Sequence record: OP589283.1
DNA: 64,000 nucleotides
Strand: one strand, 5' to 3'
Program-made: the position numbers and the translations under genes
Shown here: piece after piece, positions 1 through 10,070 of the stretch
How the letters are laid out: every line of letters starts with the position of its first letter
Numbering within the stretch: position 1 is the stretch's first letter
Notes under the pieces: generated by a model
Told to the model about the DNA's origin: nothing
What the model saw: only the letters and a program-made list of their open reading frames with translations
The model's database searches: none

Positions 1-11
1 ATTATTCCCAA

Positions 12-1244
12 GTGAAGAATCATCTTTACGATAAAGGATTCAAAGTTCCTTTATCAGCATCACACAAAGCGATTGTGTTGAATGAACGTCCATCCGATAT
101 ACCAACGGATGGGATTGTCGTTAAAGCAGATGAAATTGCTTTACAAAGAGAATTAGGGGAACGTCAGAATAACCCTCGTTGGGCAATTGCGTATAAGTTC
201 CCTCCTTTAACAGGTACCGCCGAATTTCTTGGTGTACATTGGAACCTTAGTTTAACCGGCACTTTATCGCCCGTTGCAATTTACACCCCGGTTAGTATTG
301 GTGGAGTCACTAACACTAATGCCACTTTGTTTAACTATCGCACGTTTAAACAAAAAGGACTGCGATTAGGGGCGAGACTAGAAATTAGTCGCAACGGTGA
401 CTGTGTGCCTTATATTGCCAATGTCATCGAAAATGGGACGGGTAAGTTAGTCACCGCACCAAAAGAGTGCCCAAGTTGTGGTGCGATACTTCAGTATTCT
501 GGGGTTAATGATGAGGAGGTTAATTTATATTGTCCTAACAGTATCGGTTGTAAAGGGCAATTGGCAGGTAGGGTAAATCAATTCCTTGGTAAAGCAGGTT
601 TAAATGTGAAAGGGATAGGTTTAACGACGATAACAGAATGGGTTAAGAAAGGAATAATCACGAAGTTAACTGATTTGTATACTGCTTCTTCAGAATTATT
701 AGGTGAACGGTTTTATAACCTCATCCACAATAATACTGAATGTAAGTTAAGTAACTTTTTAGTAGGATTAGCATTACCGGGAGTAGGCATTGTTACTGCC
801 AAAGAACTGGTAAAACTATCTGAAAGAGAGAAACCGATATTAGAGTTGCTAAGCGATAATCAATTGCTGATTAAATTTGGTATTGAGATTGGTATCGCGC
901 TAGCGGTTGCTGATTACTTTTCTGAAACCAGCAAATACAAAGAAGTTGAAAAACTGTTAAGTTATCTGACCATCTTACCTGAAGATAATGAAACACTATT
1001 GGGTAAGCGGGTTTATTTAACCGGGGTGTGTGATATCCCGCGTAAAGAAATAAAGGCATTGCTTGCGTTAAACGGCATTGAATTAGTAGATAATTTCAAT
1101 GGTTCTGTGAGTGTGCTTTTAAAAGGTAGTAATCCCGGCGAAAGTAAAATAAACGCCGCCAATAAACGTAAAATAAAGATTGTGGAGATTACTCCACCAT
1201 TCAACATCAACACAGTCCTTAGGGAGATTAACAATGAGCATTAA
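12..1244 (+). CDS. ligA: NAD-dependent DNA ligase, 5'-truncated by the window edge (C-terminal adenylation motifs, OB fold, Zn finger, HhH, BRCT)
   Basis: DGIVVK and [10 protein letters not shown] motifs; OB segment [13 protein letters not shown]; CPSC...YCPNSIGC zinc finger; Hh[16 protein letters not shown]; BRCT-like end VYLTG...[12 protein letters not shown]. The frame is open back to position 3. Confidence 0.95.
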   Translation: MKNHLYDKGFKVPLSASHKAIVLNERPSDIPTDGIVVKADEIALQRELGERQNNPRWAIAYKFPPLTGTAEFLGVHWNLSLTGTLSPVAIYTPVSIGGVTNTNATLFNYRTFKQKGLRLGARLEISRNGDCVPYIANVIENGTGKLVTAPKECPSCGAILQYSGVNDEEVNLYCPNSIGCKGQLAGRVNQFLGKAGLNVKGIGLTTITEWVKKGIITKLTDLYTASSELLGERFYNLIHNNTECKLSNFLVGLALPGVGIVTAKELVKLSEREKPILELLSDNQLLIKFGIEIGIALAVADYFSETSKYKEVEKLLSYLTILPEDNETLLGKRVYLTGVCDIPRKEIKALLALNGIELVDNFNGSVSVLLKGSNPGESKINAANKRKIKIVEITPPFNINTVLREINNEH

Positions 1245-2559
1245 ATTAAAAGCAAAGAAAGAAAAAGAAACCCCAGTTGCAGTAGTAACTGACGAAGCGG
1301 TGTTAACCACAGACAGTGGTGTTAAAACGTTAGCTGAGAAAAAACACCCTAAAGCGGTTAACTTACGTGAACCTTTTGACGAGAAAAAACATCTCAATTA
1401 TCCAAAGGTAGAAAATGCTTCTGGTGAAATCCTTAAACCAATAGAAGTGATTACGTTCTATGGTGGGATCGAAAAAGTTGTGTTTAGTAATGAACACGAT
1501 AAACTAAGAAGCAAATTAAGTAAATTAAAGTGCTCTCTTTTTGGTTATCGCCAATTTTCAGTTGATAAAGAACTAGAAAAACCCATTAAAAATAAAAAGC
1601 TCTATTGTTTTAAAGATAAAGACGTAACACTCTACCTAACAGATGATTGTGAGGTCAGATTCGTAGAAGGAGGTTTTTATGGGTTTAAACCTTCAGAACC
1701 TACCATTCTTGTTGCTTCAGGATTAAAAACTTCCGAACTTCGTATTAAAGGAATTAACCTTTTTATGGGAAATGGAGTTGAGAGTTTGGCGTATGTCAAC
1801 CTTTCTGATTCAATTACCCTATTAGGTGATTTTGATATATCGGTGAACTCCGCTGGAAATATCAACCGAATCAATATCCCTAATCAAACGTACTATAAAA
1901 CACAGGGTGGTTCGTTTATTTCTAGAAGCGCTGTTTTTGCCGGAAGACATTCCAGCAAAACAGATATATCAATAGAAAAATCGATCGTCACTTGCGCCCA
2001 TTTCTTTAACACTGACTCGTTAAATGCTAATCAAAGTGTTTTGTCCAATGTAAGCATTAATGTTAAAAACATGTATTTAACCCGTGTTTCTATTATTGGC
2101 GGGAGTATCAATCTCAAAAGCATGTATGTGAAAAATGTGAAGTTGGTTAATCCCGCTATTTATTCTCCCACTTCAACTGTTTCAACAGACCATTCTTACG
2201 GTATTTCAGAAATACATCATCCGTTATTACCCAAAGTAATGGTGTTGGTTAACGGAGAAAAAGAAGTATCCTTAAAAGCATCACACTTTGATGAAACGAT
2301 AACAATCAGTTTAACAGACACGGTTTCTGAGATTATTCAAAAATTAATCGGCTGGAAAGACAGTTTTAGTAAACCCATGTTCACAGAAACTGAATCGTTG
2401 GAATTGGCTAAGCTGATTTTCTCCAGAACAACTGTATTGCGCACGTTGAGTAATATTGAAAATACAAGACGACATTTCAATTTTGTTAATCGAATGCACC
2501 TACCGATTCTTGATGAAACAAACGATTATGATGATTCTTGGGATATCGGTGAATTTTAA
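1234..2559 (+). CDS. hypothetical protein with beta-solenoid-like C-terminal half
   Basis: Long ORF; ATG at 1234 behind GGGAG, overlapping the ligase end; repetitive S/N/V/I-rich short strands. Confidence 0.75.
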   Translation: MSIKLKAKKEKETPVAVVTDEAVLTTDSGVKTLAEKKHPKAVNLREPFDEKKHLNYPKVENASGEILKPIEVITFYGGIEKVVFSNEHDKLRSKLSKLKCSLFGYRQFSVDKELEKPIKNKKLYCFKDKDVTLYLTDDCEVRFVEGGFYGFKPSEPTILVASGLKTSELRIKGINLFMGNGVESLAYVNLSDSITLLGDFDISVNSAGNINRINIPNQTYYKTQGGSFISRSAVFAGRHSSKTDISIEKSIVTCAHFFNTDSLNANQSVLSNVSINVKNMYLTRVSIIGGSINLKSMYVKNVKLVNPAIYSPTSTVSTDHSYGISEIHHPLLPKVMVLVNGEKEVSLKASHFDETITISLTDTVSEIIQKLIGWKDSFSKPMFTETESLELAKLIFSRTTVLRTLSNIENTRRHFNFVNRMHLPILDETNDYDDSWDIGEF

Positions 2560-2565
2560 TCAACT

Positions 2566-2595
2566 AAGTAAGAGGGAGATTACTCCCTCTTACTT
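2566..2595 (+). terminator. 13-bp perfect hairpin (AAGTAAGAGGGAG-ATTA-CTCCCTCTTACTT)
   Basis: Inverted repeat between two ORFs, followed by T residues. Confidence 0.6.
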
Positions 2596-2613
2596 TTATA
2601 AAGGAGTTGTCTC

Positions 2614-3159
2614 ATGGCAACTAAACCTTACATTGTTTACACCGATGGTTCTGCATTAAAAAATCCAGGGCCAGGTGGATACGGTATTGTGCTAAGGCTA
2701 GGAAGCCAAATGACAACCTTATCCAAAGGATTTAAACTCACCACCAATAACCGCATGGAAATTATGGCAGTAATAGTGGCATTACAAACGATAGGAGAAG
2801 GAAAGAAAGTCGAAATCCACACAGATAGCGAATACACCATTAATGCAATCACTAAGTGGATTTTTGGCTGGAAGAAAAATAACTGGATTAAACATGACGG
2901 TGGGTCAGTAACCAATCGAGATTTAATCGAACAACTTGACGAACTTGTTCGATTAAATAAAGTCACATTTATCAAAGTAAAAGCTCACGTCGGTATCCCA
3001 GATAACGAGTTAGCTGATAAATTGGCTAAAGAAGGTGCTGGTAATCCCACAGAAATTGATGAGGGATATTTAGAAGAGTTAGCTAAACCTAAACCCCCTG
3101 TTGTCAATAACAATTATCAAAACAAGTATAAACCCTGGTACTATAAAAAGAGAGCATAA
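2614..3159 (+). CDS. rnhA: ribonuclease HI
   Basis: YTDGSALKNPGPGGYG, TTNNRMEIMA, IHTDSEY and KAHVGIPDNELADKLA; all four catalytic acidic residues present; AGGAG SD. Confidence 0.96.
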   Translation: MATKPYIVYTDGSALKNPGPGGYGIVLRLGSQMTTLSKGFKLTTNNRMEIMAVIVALQTIGEGKKVEIHTDSEYTINAITKWIFGWKKNNWIKHDGGSVTNRDLIEQLDELVRLNKVTFIKVKAHVGIPDNELADKLAKEGAGNPTEIDEGYLEELAKPKPPVVNNNYQNKYKPWYYKKRA

Positions 3160-3161
3160 AA

Positions 3162-3716
3162 ATGATCCCGCAATATAAACCCAACGTAAGTTTAATTACT
3201 GCCAAGATAGGCAAAATAGTAAACAACCTATATTGGTTAATTAGTAACTCTGGAAGTTCAATTCAATATCCAAAAATTGAATTGGGTAAAGACCGCGTAG
3301 TTGTTAATCGACACTTGATTAATTTACTCACTGTAAATGAAAAAGATTATATCACCTACCTAGCTTTCATGTATAGACTCAATGAAGAAGAAAATGTGGT
3401 GGTGCACTTCAAAGTGGATATGGAGAAATTTGAAGTCACCGATTTTCCTGTTGTATTAAATACGCTTGTCAAAAGTATTTTGAACACATCATCGCTTGTT
3501 CATGAATACGGTGTTGTACTTAATCGAGATAACTTTATAAAGTATGTGGGATTGGTTGGTTATGTAGACCAATATGAAATTGAATCAATTGAAACATCAT
3601 TATTTAAGATGATGATTTCTGATGAAGACATACCTCCTTCTACTTACGAAAATATCCGATTGTTAGAACTCAATGATTTCATTGGGGATTTCCTCCAAAT
3701 GTGTAAACGTGTATAA
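3162..3716 (+). CDS. hypothetical protein
   Basis: 184-aa ORF directly after rnhA. Confidence 0.7.
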   Translation: MIPQYKPNVSLITAKIGKIVNNLYWLISNSGSSIQYPKIELGKDRVVVNRHLINLLTVNEKDYITYLAFMYRLNEEENVVVHFKVDMEKFEVTDFPVVLNTLVKSILNTSSLVHEYGVVLNRDNFIKYVGLVGYVDQYEIESIETSLFKMMISDEDIPPSTYENIRLLELNDFIGDFLQMCKRV

Positions 3717-3733
3717 CGTTAAAAATGTTCAAC

Positions 3734-3750
3734 CCTATATTACCTATGTG
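3734..3750 (+). promoter_or_regulatory. putative phage early promoter CTATATTACCTATGTGA
   Basis: Contains TATATTAC (phiKZ early-promoter consensus) and fits the CTAYAT-N7-GTGA motif seen at other intergenic sites. Confidence 0.65.
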
Positions 3751-3791
3751 AATCTGTCACATCAAACTTTATATCAAGAAGGATTTTCAGT

Positions 3792-4205
3792 ATGACTAAC
3801 GCCACTACCCCTTTAAAAACGTTCGAAGTTCCTTTCACTAAAGAGTTCCATAATGTATTAGAAAGTAGCTTTTCACGCGCAATGAAAAAGGCGGTAAGAA
3901 GAAAAAGACTTCCGATAATAGCTCCTATTTCGGAAATTAATAATAACAACACCAGTTTAGTAATGGGTGCGTTAACAACTTGCCAAATTGGAGAATTGCT
4001 AATTAATAACATCTCTCCATTAGAAAATGGTGGTGTAAAAATCTCGGGTACGCTCACTCCTTTCGGGGATGGAGCCAGACTGTTCATAGAAGCGGTCAAC
4101 AATGGTACCTTAACTGACAGCATTACAAATCTTTACGGACTATGGGGTCAAGAAGACCATAAGTTTGTAACAGTTTTAGGGTTAGAGTCCTCTCTAGCTA
4201 AGTAA
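3792..4205 (+). CDS. hypothetical protein
   Basis: 137-aa ORF with AGGA SD, downstream of the promoter motif. Confidence 0.7.
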   Translation: MTNATTPLKTFEVPFTKEFHNVLESSFSRAMKKAVRRKRLPIIAPISEINNNNTSLVMGALTTCQIGELLINNISPLENGGVKISGTLTPFGDGARLFIEAVNNGTLTDSITNLYGLWGQEDHKFVTVLGLESSLAK

Positions 4206-4211
4206 CCACAA

Positions 4212-4244
4212 AAAGGGGATGTCAGGAGTCCCCTTTCTTTTTTT
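4212..4244 (+). terminator. intrinsic terminator
   Basis: AAAGGGGA...TCCCCTTT stem followed by a T-run. Confidence 0.65.
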
Positions 4245-4258
4245 ATTGGGAGTTAACA

Positions 4259-5890
4259 ATGAAAGGTCTTATTTTAAATACTGAAGCCGAACAAACGGTA
4301 GAAACTGTTGTTAAAGATTTTGAAACAGCAGTCGGTTCAACCCTTGGCCCTAACGGTAATTACGTTATCATCAGTTCTGGTACCAGCAGTAAAGTCACTA
4401 AAGACGGTGCGACGGTAGCGAAGTCAATTGATTATGACGACCCATTCAAAGCACACATCGCTAACATCATTCGTGAAGCGGCAATTAAAACTGAAACCGA
4501 GTGTGGCGATGGTACAACCACAACCACGTTGTTTGCTTGTGACTATTACTCTTTATTGGCGAAGTATAACACTTATCGCGAACATGAAATCATTCGTCAA
4601 CTCACTGACAAAGTCATTGTCGAAGTTTCTAAGTGTGAAGTTGATACTGAAGAAGCTATTCGAGCGGCTGCGTTAATCAGTGCCAACCGTGATACCAGCA
4701 TCGCTGATATGGTGTGCGACATTGTGTTTGAAAACCCTGGTGTTACACCCGACATCACCTTGATTGAAGGGGGGACCAACAAAGATGTGATTGAACGTAT
4801 TGAAGGTCATCGTGTTGCCGTTACACCCGTGTACTTGCCAGACAACTTTGTCAAAGATAAACAGGACTCCCAAATCCGTTTTATTTATATTGACCAGCGT
4901 CTGGATAATGCTGCGCAGTTTATTGAACTGATGCAAGGGTTTGATGTTCACTTCCAAGCAAATCCAAATGATTGTATTTATTTGTTTGTGATGAAGAACA
5001 TCGATAAGTCAGCATTGGCAGTTGACTCAGTTAATCATAAAAATGTGTTTGAACCTATTAAACACCGTTTTGGATTACTGAGTGCTAACATTGGCGGTGG
5101 GATGTCTTATGAACTGTTGGAAGATATGAAAGCGATGACAGGTGGCTGCTCATATCACTCCATTGGTGAGTACGTGACTATCGGCGGAAGTTTGATGTAC
5201 TATGGTGGTAATGAATACACCGTTACTCCTAAGTTCATTCAGGTAAATAATTTAACTAATGCGAATATACCCTCGGTAAACGAACGCATTGAGTTAATAC
5301 GTGAAGAGCTTAAAGGGATGGTGGGGTCTAAACTTCACACAGCCTATGCGGGTATTCTGCGTAAACGATTAGCCAGTTTAGCGAGTCTCCACTACATCAT
5401 TCATGTTGGTAGCGAAACGCATTCCGACTTCTTGGAACGCAAAGACCGTTTTGATGACGTTATCACCAGTGCCGTAACTAACACCATCTACGGAGTTGTA
5501 CCTGGATTTAACACTGTGTTTGTTAACGCTATGTTGGCTTTACCTGAACTTAATATGGTATTGTCGAAATCTGAGGAGCAAATGAATGAATCGGACATGC
5601 TGTATTTCGATTTTGCTAAAATCTTCTTTAAGCAAACCGAACGATTAAAGAACGGGGTGGACACTAAAAATAACGTTGTGAATGACTTAAGTACAGGTGA
5701 GTTCATCGAAATCCCATTAAACTCCACTAACTTCGGTGAAGACTTAATGGAAGCTGCTAGACAGTTAAAGATTTATGACCCTGCTTACACAGTCATTAGC
5801 GCATTGCGTGGTGGGTTTAAAACTGGTCAGATTCTGGCCAAAACTAAATCTGTTGTAGTCAGTAATCGTTTCGCAAGTCAAATGTTGTAA
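4259..5890 (+). CDS. groEL: phage GroEL-like chaperonin
   Basis: STLGPNG, VTKDGATVAK, GDGTTTTT ATP-binding motif, ERKDRFDDVITSA, GVVPG and IYDPAYTV; 543 aa. Confidence 0.93.
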   Translation: MKGLILNTEAEQTVETVVKDFETAVGSTLGPNGNYVIISSGTSSKVTKDGATVAKSIDYDDPFKAHIANIIREAAIKTETECGDGTTTTTLFACDYYSLLAKYNTYREHEIIRQLTDKVIVEVSKCEVDTEEAIRAAALISANRDTSIADMVCDIVFENPGVTPDITLIEGGTNKDVIERIEGHRVAVTPVYLPDNFVKDKQDSQIRFIYIDQRLDNAAQFIELMQGFDVHFQANPNDCIYLFVMKNIDKSALAVDSVNHKNVFEPIKHRFGLLSANIGGGMSYELLEDMKAMTGGCSYHSIGEYVTIGGSLMYYGGNEYTVTPKFIQVNNLTNANIPSVNERIELIREELKGMVGSKLHTAYAGILRKRLASLASLHYIIHVGSETHSDFLERKDRFDDVITSAVTNTIYGVVPGFNTVFVNAMLALPELNMVLSKSEEQMNESDMLYFDFAKIFFKQTERLKNGVDTKNNVVNDLSTGEFIEIPLNSTNFGEDLMEAARQLKIYDPAYTVISALRGGFKTGQILAKTKSVVVSNRFASQML

Positions 5891-5897
5891 TTGACAT

Positions 5898-5932
5898 TAG
5901 TTTACAGCACACTTAGCGTGTGCTGTAAACTA
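5898..5932. terminator. 15-bp perfect hairpin after groEL
   Basis: TAGTTTACAGCACAC-TTAGC-GTGTGCTGTAAACTA followed by T-rich sequence. Confidence 0.7.
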
Positions 5933-5959
5933 TTTCATTTTATTTTTCAGGAGAATATC

Positions 5960-5986
5960 ATGGAACACTCTTCAGAAAATAAATAG
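5960..5986 (+). CDS. possible 8-aa micro-ORF MEHSSENK
   Basis: AGGAG SD with good spacing before ATG; very short, may be a gene remnant. Confidence 0.2.
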   Translation: MEHSSENK

Positions 5987-6024
5987 AAGACATCGGGTCG
6001 ATTAAAGTATGCTTTTTCTTAAGT

Positions 6025-6041
6025 CTACATTATTGATGTGA
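6025..6041 (+). promoter_or_regulatory. putative early promoter CTACATTATTGATGTGA
   Basis: Matches CTAYAT-N7-GTGA, 45 bp upstream of the 6086 ATG. Confidence 0.55.
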
Positions 6042-6085
6042 TGAAACATTAACGTTTTTAATGTAGACTATAAGAGGATTTCAAA

Positions 6086-7567
6086 ATGATTGACAAATTA
6101 AGATTACCCCTGATTAAGTATTCAAAAATCATCGTTACACCAGAAACAGTGAATGACGATAAATATATCCAAAAGATTACTTTGTTTTACAAAGATTTAC
6201 GTGACAAAGAATTCGACAGGATTTTTATTATTAGAGCTGAAGATGACACGTTGGTGGTGTCAAATAATGATGAGTTCTTTTTTGCTATAACTGCTGATCG
6301 AATCACGGTTGCTTCAGATAAAGAATTCTTTATTTATGAAGAACTGTTTAAAACGATGTATTCTAATTTCATGGAAAGGTTGTCCCCTCCATTAGAAAGA
6401 GAAGCGGTGTCTGATAAAAATCTTGCAGATGAAATTTTTGATGCACTAAAGTTTTATGGTATCAAGCCGATGTTTAGTCTTGAATCAACAAGTTTAAAAG
6501 TCTATGTAGACCAGCTTGTTGAGTTCAGTAATACTACTTTAGTTAACATGGGTGTCACCCATTACGGCGTGGCGAACCAAATTAAGGAGCACTTTCCAAT
6601 TTCTGAAACAGCAGAACCACTTACTAAGCAGCGTTATTTCTTTGTGATGACGAAAAACATCGTGGAGAATATTGAAAAAGGCAATATTTCAATATTCGAA
6701 AACTTTGATGATTTAAACCTATCAAAAGAAAAACGTTTTTCCAGATTAGCGTCATTTAATAAAAATATGCGTGCTATTTGGAAAGCTGCCGCTGCGATGG
6801 GGGCAGAAGGAGTTCTTTTTGTTACTGATTCCGAAAAGGAAAGTTTTTCACTACAAATTCAATTGGTAGATGGAAAACATAGAGTCTTTGCTAAATCAGC
6901 GCTCGAAGGGGTCTTCTCCAAAAAAGATTTGGAAACAAAAGCAATTAAACAACTGATCAAAGAAGTGAAAGCGGAGTTTAGTACCTACGCGGTAGATGCT
7001 AAAAATCGTTTTACAATTCAACCTATCAAAACCAGCTTTTTGATAAAAGGAAAAACAATCATGTTTAAACAAACCTTTAAAGACCATTTGCATTTAGATG
7101 TAAATGAACATATTGAAACCGGTCTTCGCCACGGAATAAAAACGGCACCTCTATCTGCTAAACACTTCGCTGAAACAGTAACACAGAATGACGGTACCCC
7201 CGTTAAAACCATGACAAGCATGATAGCAAATAACGCGTTAACTCAACAGAAGCAAATTGCTTTAGTTAATTGTTTTTATACTTGGGATGGGCAGTGTGAT
7301 GAAGACGTTATTACACAGGGTATTTTAGATCGATATGCTGCAATGGAGGCTCCACTTATTGGAGTGAAATTGGTGCGTAAAAATCTTTACAATGTAGTAG
7401 TCCTGGGTATTTTTGAAAGTCATGAAGACTGTCCAAAAATATTATTTGATTTTTCAGTTAAACCGTACATCTGTGCTGACCATATCAGTGATAATCTATT
7501 CTTCCATACAGAAGAAATTAATTTTCTGAAAACATGGTTGATGGAAAACTTTTATCACACCAAATAG
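6086..7567 (+). CDS. hypothetical protein (493 aa)
   Basis: Long ORF with GAGG SD; no motif recognised. Confidence 0.8.
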   Translation: MIDKLRLPLIKYSKIIVTPETVNDDKYIQKITLFYKDLRDKEFDRIFIIRAEDDTLVVSNNDEFFFAITADRITVASDKEFFIYEELFKTMYSNFMERLSPPLEREAVSDKNLADEIFDALKFYGIKPMFSLESTSLKVYVDQLVEFSNTTLVNMGVTHYGVANQIKEHFPISETAEPLTKQRYFFVMTKNIVENIEKGNISIFENFDDLNLSKEKRFSRLASFNKNMRAIWKAAAAMGAEGVLFVTDSEKESFSLQIQLVDGKHRVFAKSALEGVFSKKDLETKAIKQLIKEVKAEFSTYAVDAKNRFTIQPIKTSFLIKGKTIMFKQTFKDHLHLDVNEHIETGLRHGIKTAPLSAKHFAETVTQNDGTPVKTMTSMIANNALTQQKQIALVNCFYTWDGQCDEDVITQGILDRYAAMEAPLIGVKLVRKNLYNVVVLGIFESHEDCPKILFDFSVKPYICADHISDNLFFHTEEINFLKTWLMENFYHTK

Positions 7568-7574
7568 TAAATCG

Positions 7575-7606
7575 AAAATAAGGGAGAAGTTCTCCCTTAT
7601 TTTTTT
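7575..7606 (+). terminator. intrinsic terminator
   Basis: AAAATAAGGGAGA-AGT-TCTCCCTTATTTT plus T-run. Confidence 0.7.
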
Positions 7607-7616
7607 GGAGAAACTT

Positions 7617-7904
7617 ATGACAACTATCGAAACATATAAAGTGGTAATAACGCTGTTATTTGGTGTTTGCTTTTTACTTGCAGTAATTATCGCGCGTTTA
7701 GCAAACCGAGAAAGAAAATATCGGAAAACGATTACCAACCTCATCGCTGGGCTTGATACTTTACATTCCATGAATAGGGATGATAAAGTCGTTCATCAAA
7801 TCCGCAACCCTAATTCACCCATAGCCAATAGACATCAGGGTGGTTATACTCCAATACCTCAACCCGAATATAAACATTGGGGGGCCCCTCCAGGGGATGA
7901 TTAG
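7617..7904 (+). CDS. small membrane protein
   Basis: GGAG SD before ATG 7617; one hydrophobic helix (VVITLLFGVCFLLAVIIA) followed by a basic segment. Confidence 0.7.
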   Translation: MTTIETYKVVITLLFGVCFLLAVIIARLANRERKYRKTITNLIAGLDTLHSMNRDDKVVHQIRNPNSPIANRHQGGYTPIPQPEYKHWGAPPGDD

Positions 7905-7905
7905 T

Positions 7906-8265
7906 ATGAATGAAAACACAGAAGAGTTTAAAGAGCTTGGAAGATTCTTTCCTTCTAAGTCTTTTTCTCCTGAAGTTGTTCTTATCGTCGGGAATCTGTT
8001 AATCGGCGCTAAAGAAAAGGGAAACGAACCACTCGAGGTTCAAGTGGTATCGTTTGAAGATAAATGTAGAAGTGTGTTGATTCGTGTTAAAGGTCAAAAA
8101 TGGAAACCTTTAGCAAAATGGTCTGGGCCAAGAAGAAAACTACACTGCTATACTACGCTACCAGACCACATCAACTATAAGCAGTTTGTTGCATTAGATG
8201 AATGGTGTGATAAATATTTGTCTAGAACTGCTAAACGAGTTGTTTACCTCGAGACTCGTCTTTAA
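7906..8265 (+). CDS. hypothetical protein
   Basis: Likely start at ATG 7906 behind GGGGA; ORF track gives 7840..8265. Confidence 0.65.
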   Translation: MNENTEEFKELGRFFPSKSFSPEVVLIVGNLLIGAKEKGNEPLEVQVVSFEDKCRSVLIRVKGQKWKPLAKWSGPRRKLHCYTTLPDHINYKQFVALDEWCDKYLSRTAKRVVYLETRL

Positions 8266-8269
8266 TAGA

Positions 8270-8303
8270 AACACTGTATCTCCTTAACGGGAGATACAGT
8301 GTT
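8270..8303. terminator. 14-bp perfect hairpin
   Basis: AACACTGTATCTCC-TTAACG-GGAGATACAGTGTT. Confidence 0.6.
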
Positions 8304-8371
8304 AATCTTATATTTTTATTTGTTTTTGAATTTTATGCCCAGTTAACTTTTAATACGAGAGAATACCAGTA

Positions 8372-10039
8372 ATGAGTAGAGACAGTATTAATTTATTCAA
8401 GAAGCGTTTCTTGGAGTATAACAGGGTCAGGTATGTCGAGGAAGACAATTGGCGTATCGCGTTAGAGAGTTTAACGGTAGACGACATCAATGTTCTGGAG
8501 TATGTACCAGACCCTGAATCGAAATACAGAACTGTGTTAACTGAGGTACAATCCGACAAATTCAGTTTGACGGGTTTAGACCAAAAGTACACTAAAGCGT
8601 ATTTCGGTACAGACACGGTTTCTATGTTGTCTGACAGATTTATTTACCCAGACTTGGTATCAGTATTAAACCTGAATATCCTGGGTATGTTTTTCTATGA
8701 GAACAAAGAGGAGCCTGAATTTCCACATGTAGTCATCGCAACCAATTTCCTTCGGGAATGGAGCGAAGGCTTGCCTTTCATTAATGAAGTATTGGAAGCG
8801 ATTAACACGTATACCAAATACGACATTAAAATGATTGAATGTACGTTCAGTAAAAACGAAGAAGATAGTTCCGGTACTCGGGAAGTTATCGACGTGGACC
8901 TTGATAACCACACTATCTGGGGGAGTATTAAAGTAGGTCAAATTCCTGCGGCGTATCCATTAGGGACTTACCCTTATGAATACCTCGGTAAATTCAGTGA
9001 ATTCCACCTCATTGAAAAGAACAAGTTATTGGAACTCTCCAATATCCCTGACTCCCCTTTAGACGAACAAAGCCGTTTGGAAACTCCCTTTGTTTGGTTG
9101 AAATTCCGTTACTACGGAAAAATCGTTTACATTCCTAAATACCCTATTTTGTCTGGGGTAAGTTGGAACACCTTAAACGACCGTGGATTAGTTGGTGGTA
9201 AGACAATTATTACAGGATTGGACGGTAATGAATACCGTTTACGTCTTGTGCTGGTAAATGATGAAGAGAACGAGTGGGACAACCTCATCAAACGCTGTGT
9301 AGATGGCTCTGAGATGATGGAGTGGGAAGCATTCAACTACAGTAATGAAATGCAATATTCTGGTGCACAGGGTTCTACCGCTGTGTTAACAGAAGGGATT
9401 GACTCTACTCAACAGAACTACCTTGTCGGTGGCGCTGGAATGGTTGACCTTATTACCCCGATTGCTAAAGGCACCACCCAGGTGTCTAATCGACTGGTGT
9501 CATGGCTGCCTGTGTTGGAGTTACGTGGTTGTGACCCCATTGACGCAGACAGTGTTCATCCTCACTGGGTTGATTTGAAAGACCCCATTCCAGACCAGTA
9601 TGATGTTGAGTACGAGCTACCACCGGACATGACATTTGCTATCCGTCTGAAAAAGGTAGAATACGAAGGTAAGAACTTAGCGACCATCAGTGTTGAGGCC
9701 GAAAGCCCGTCTGATACTGCTATTGTGTACCCGACTAAAGTGAGTGTATTGAGTGAAATTGAAGAGCCTGATTTAGAACCAGTATCAGTCAGTGCGATTT
9801 CAATCGTGTATCCGTTAAGAGTATCTGAAGCTGCGCTCGATGAAGGAGTGTTAGACATGTCTGTCTCAGCAGTCCAAGATGCTTACTTTATCTCGGTGGA
9901 CACGCTTAAAGAAGTTCCTATTGGTATCAGTGAAGCCGTTATCGATTTACCTAGCGAAACGGATGCTACCATTAAACGTACTCGTATAAGCTACCTGTCC
10001 GAACCTACCAAAACAATCTCTGAGCCTTACATCAAGTAA
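8372..10039 (+). CDS. virion structural protein, tail/baseplate paralogue family (phiKZ gp131-like), member 1 with long N- and C-terminal extensions
   Basis: Central YLGKFS...WLKFRYYGKIVYIPK...SWNTL...EYRLRL...WLPVLEL module shared with the four following ORFs. Confidence 0.65.
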   Translation: MSRDSINLFKKRFLEYNRVRYVEEDNWRIALESLTVDDINVLEYVPDPESKYRTVLTEVQSDKFSLTGLDQKYTKAYFGTDTVSMLSDRFIYPDLVSVLNLNILGMFFYENKEEPEFPHVVIATNFLREWSEGLPFINEVLEAINTYTKYDIKMIECTFSKNEEDSSGTREVIDVDLDNHTIWGSIKVGQIPAAYPLGTYPYEYLGKFSEFHLIEKNKLLELSNIPDSPLDEQSRLETPFVWLKFRYYGKIVYIPKYPILSGVSWNTLNDRGLVGGKTIITGLDGNEYRLRLVLVNDEENEWDNLIKRCVDGSEMMEWEAFNYSNEMQYSGAQGSTAVLTEGIDSTQQNYLVGGAGMVDLITPIAKGTTQVSNRLVSWLPVLELRGCDPIDADSVHPHWVDLKDPIPDQYDVEYELPPDMTFAIRLKKVEYEGKNLATISVEAESPSDTAIVYPTKVSVLSEIEEPDLEPVSVSAISIVYPLRVSEAALDEGVLDMSVSAVQDAYFISVDTLKEVPIGISEAVIDLPSETDATIKRTRISYLSEPTKTISEPYIK

Positions 10040-10070
10040 GGTATCGTGTTATTAACAAAGGAACTTAAGA

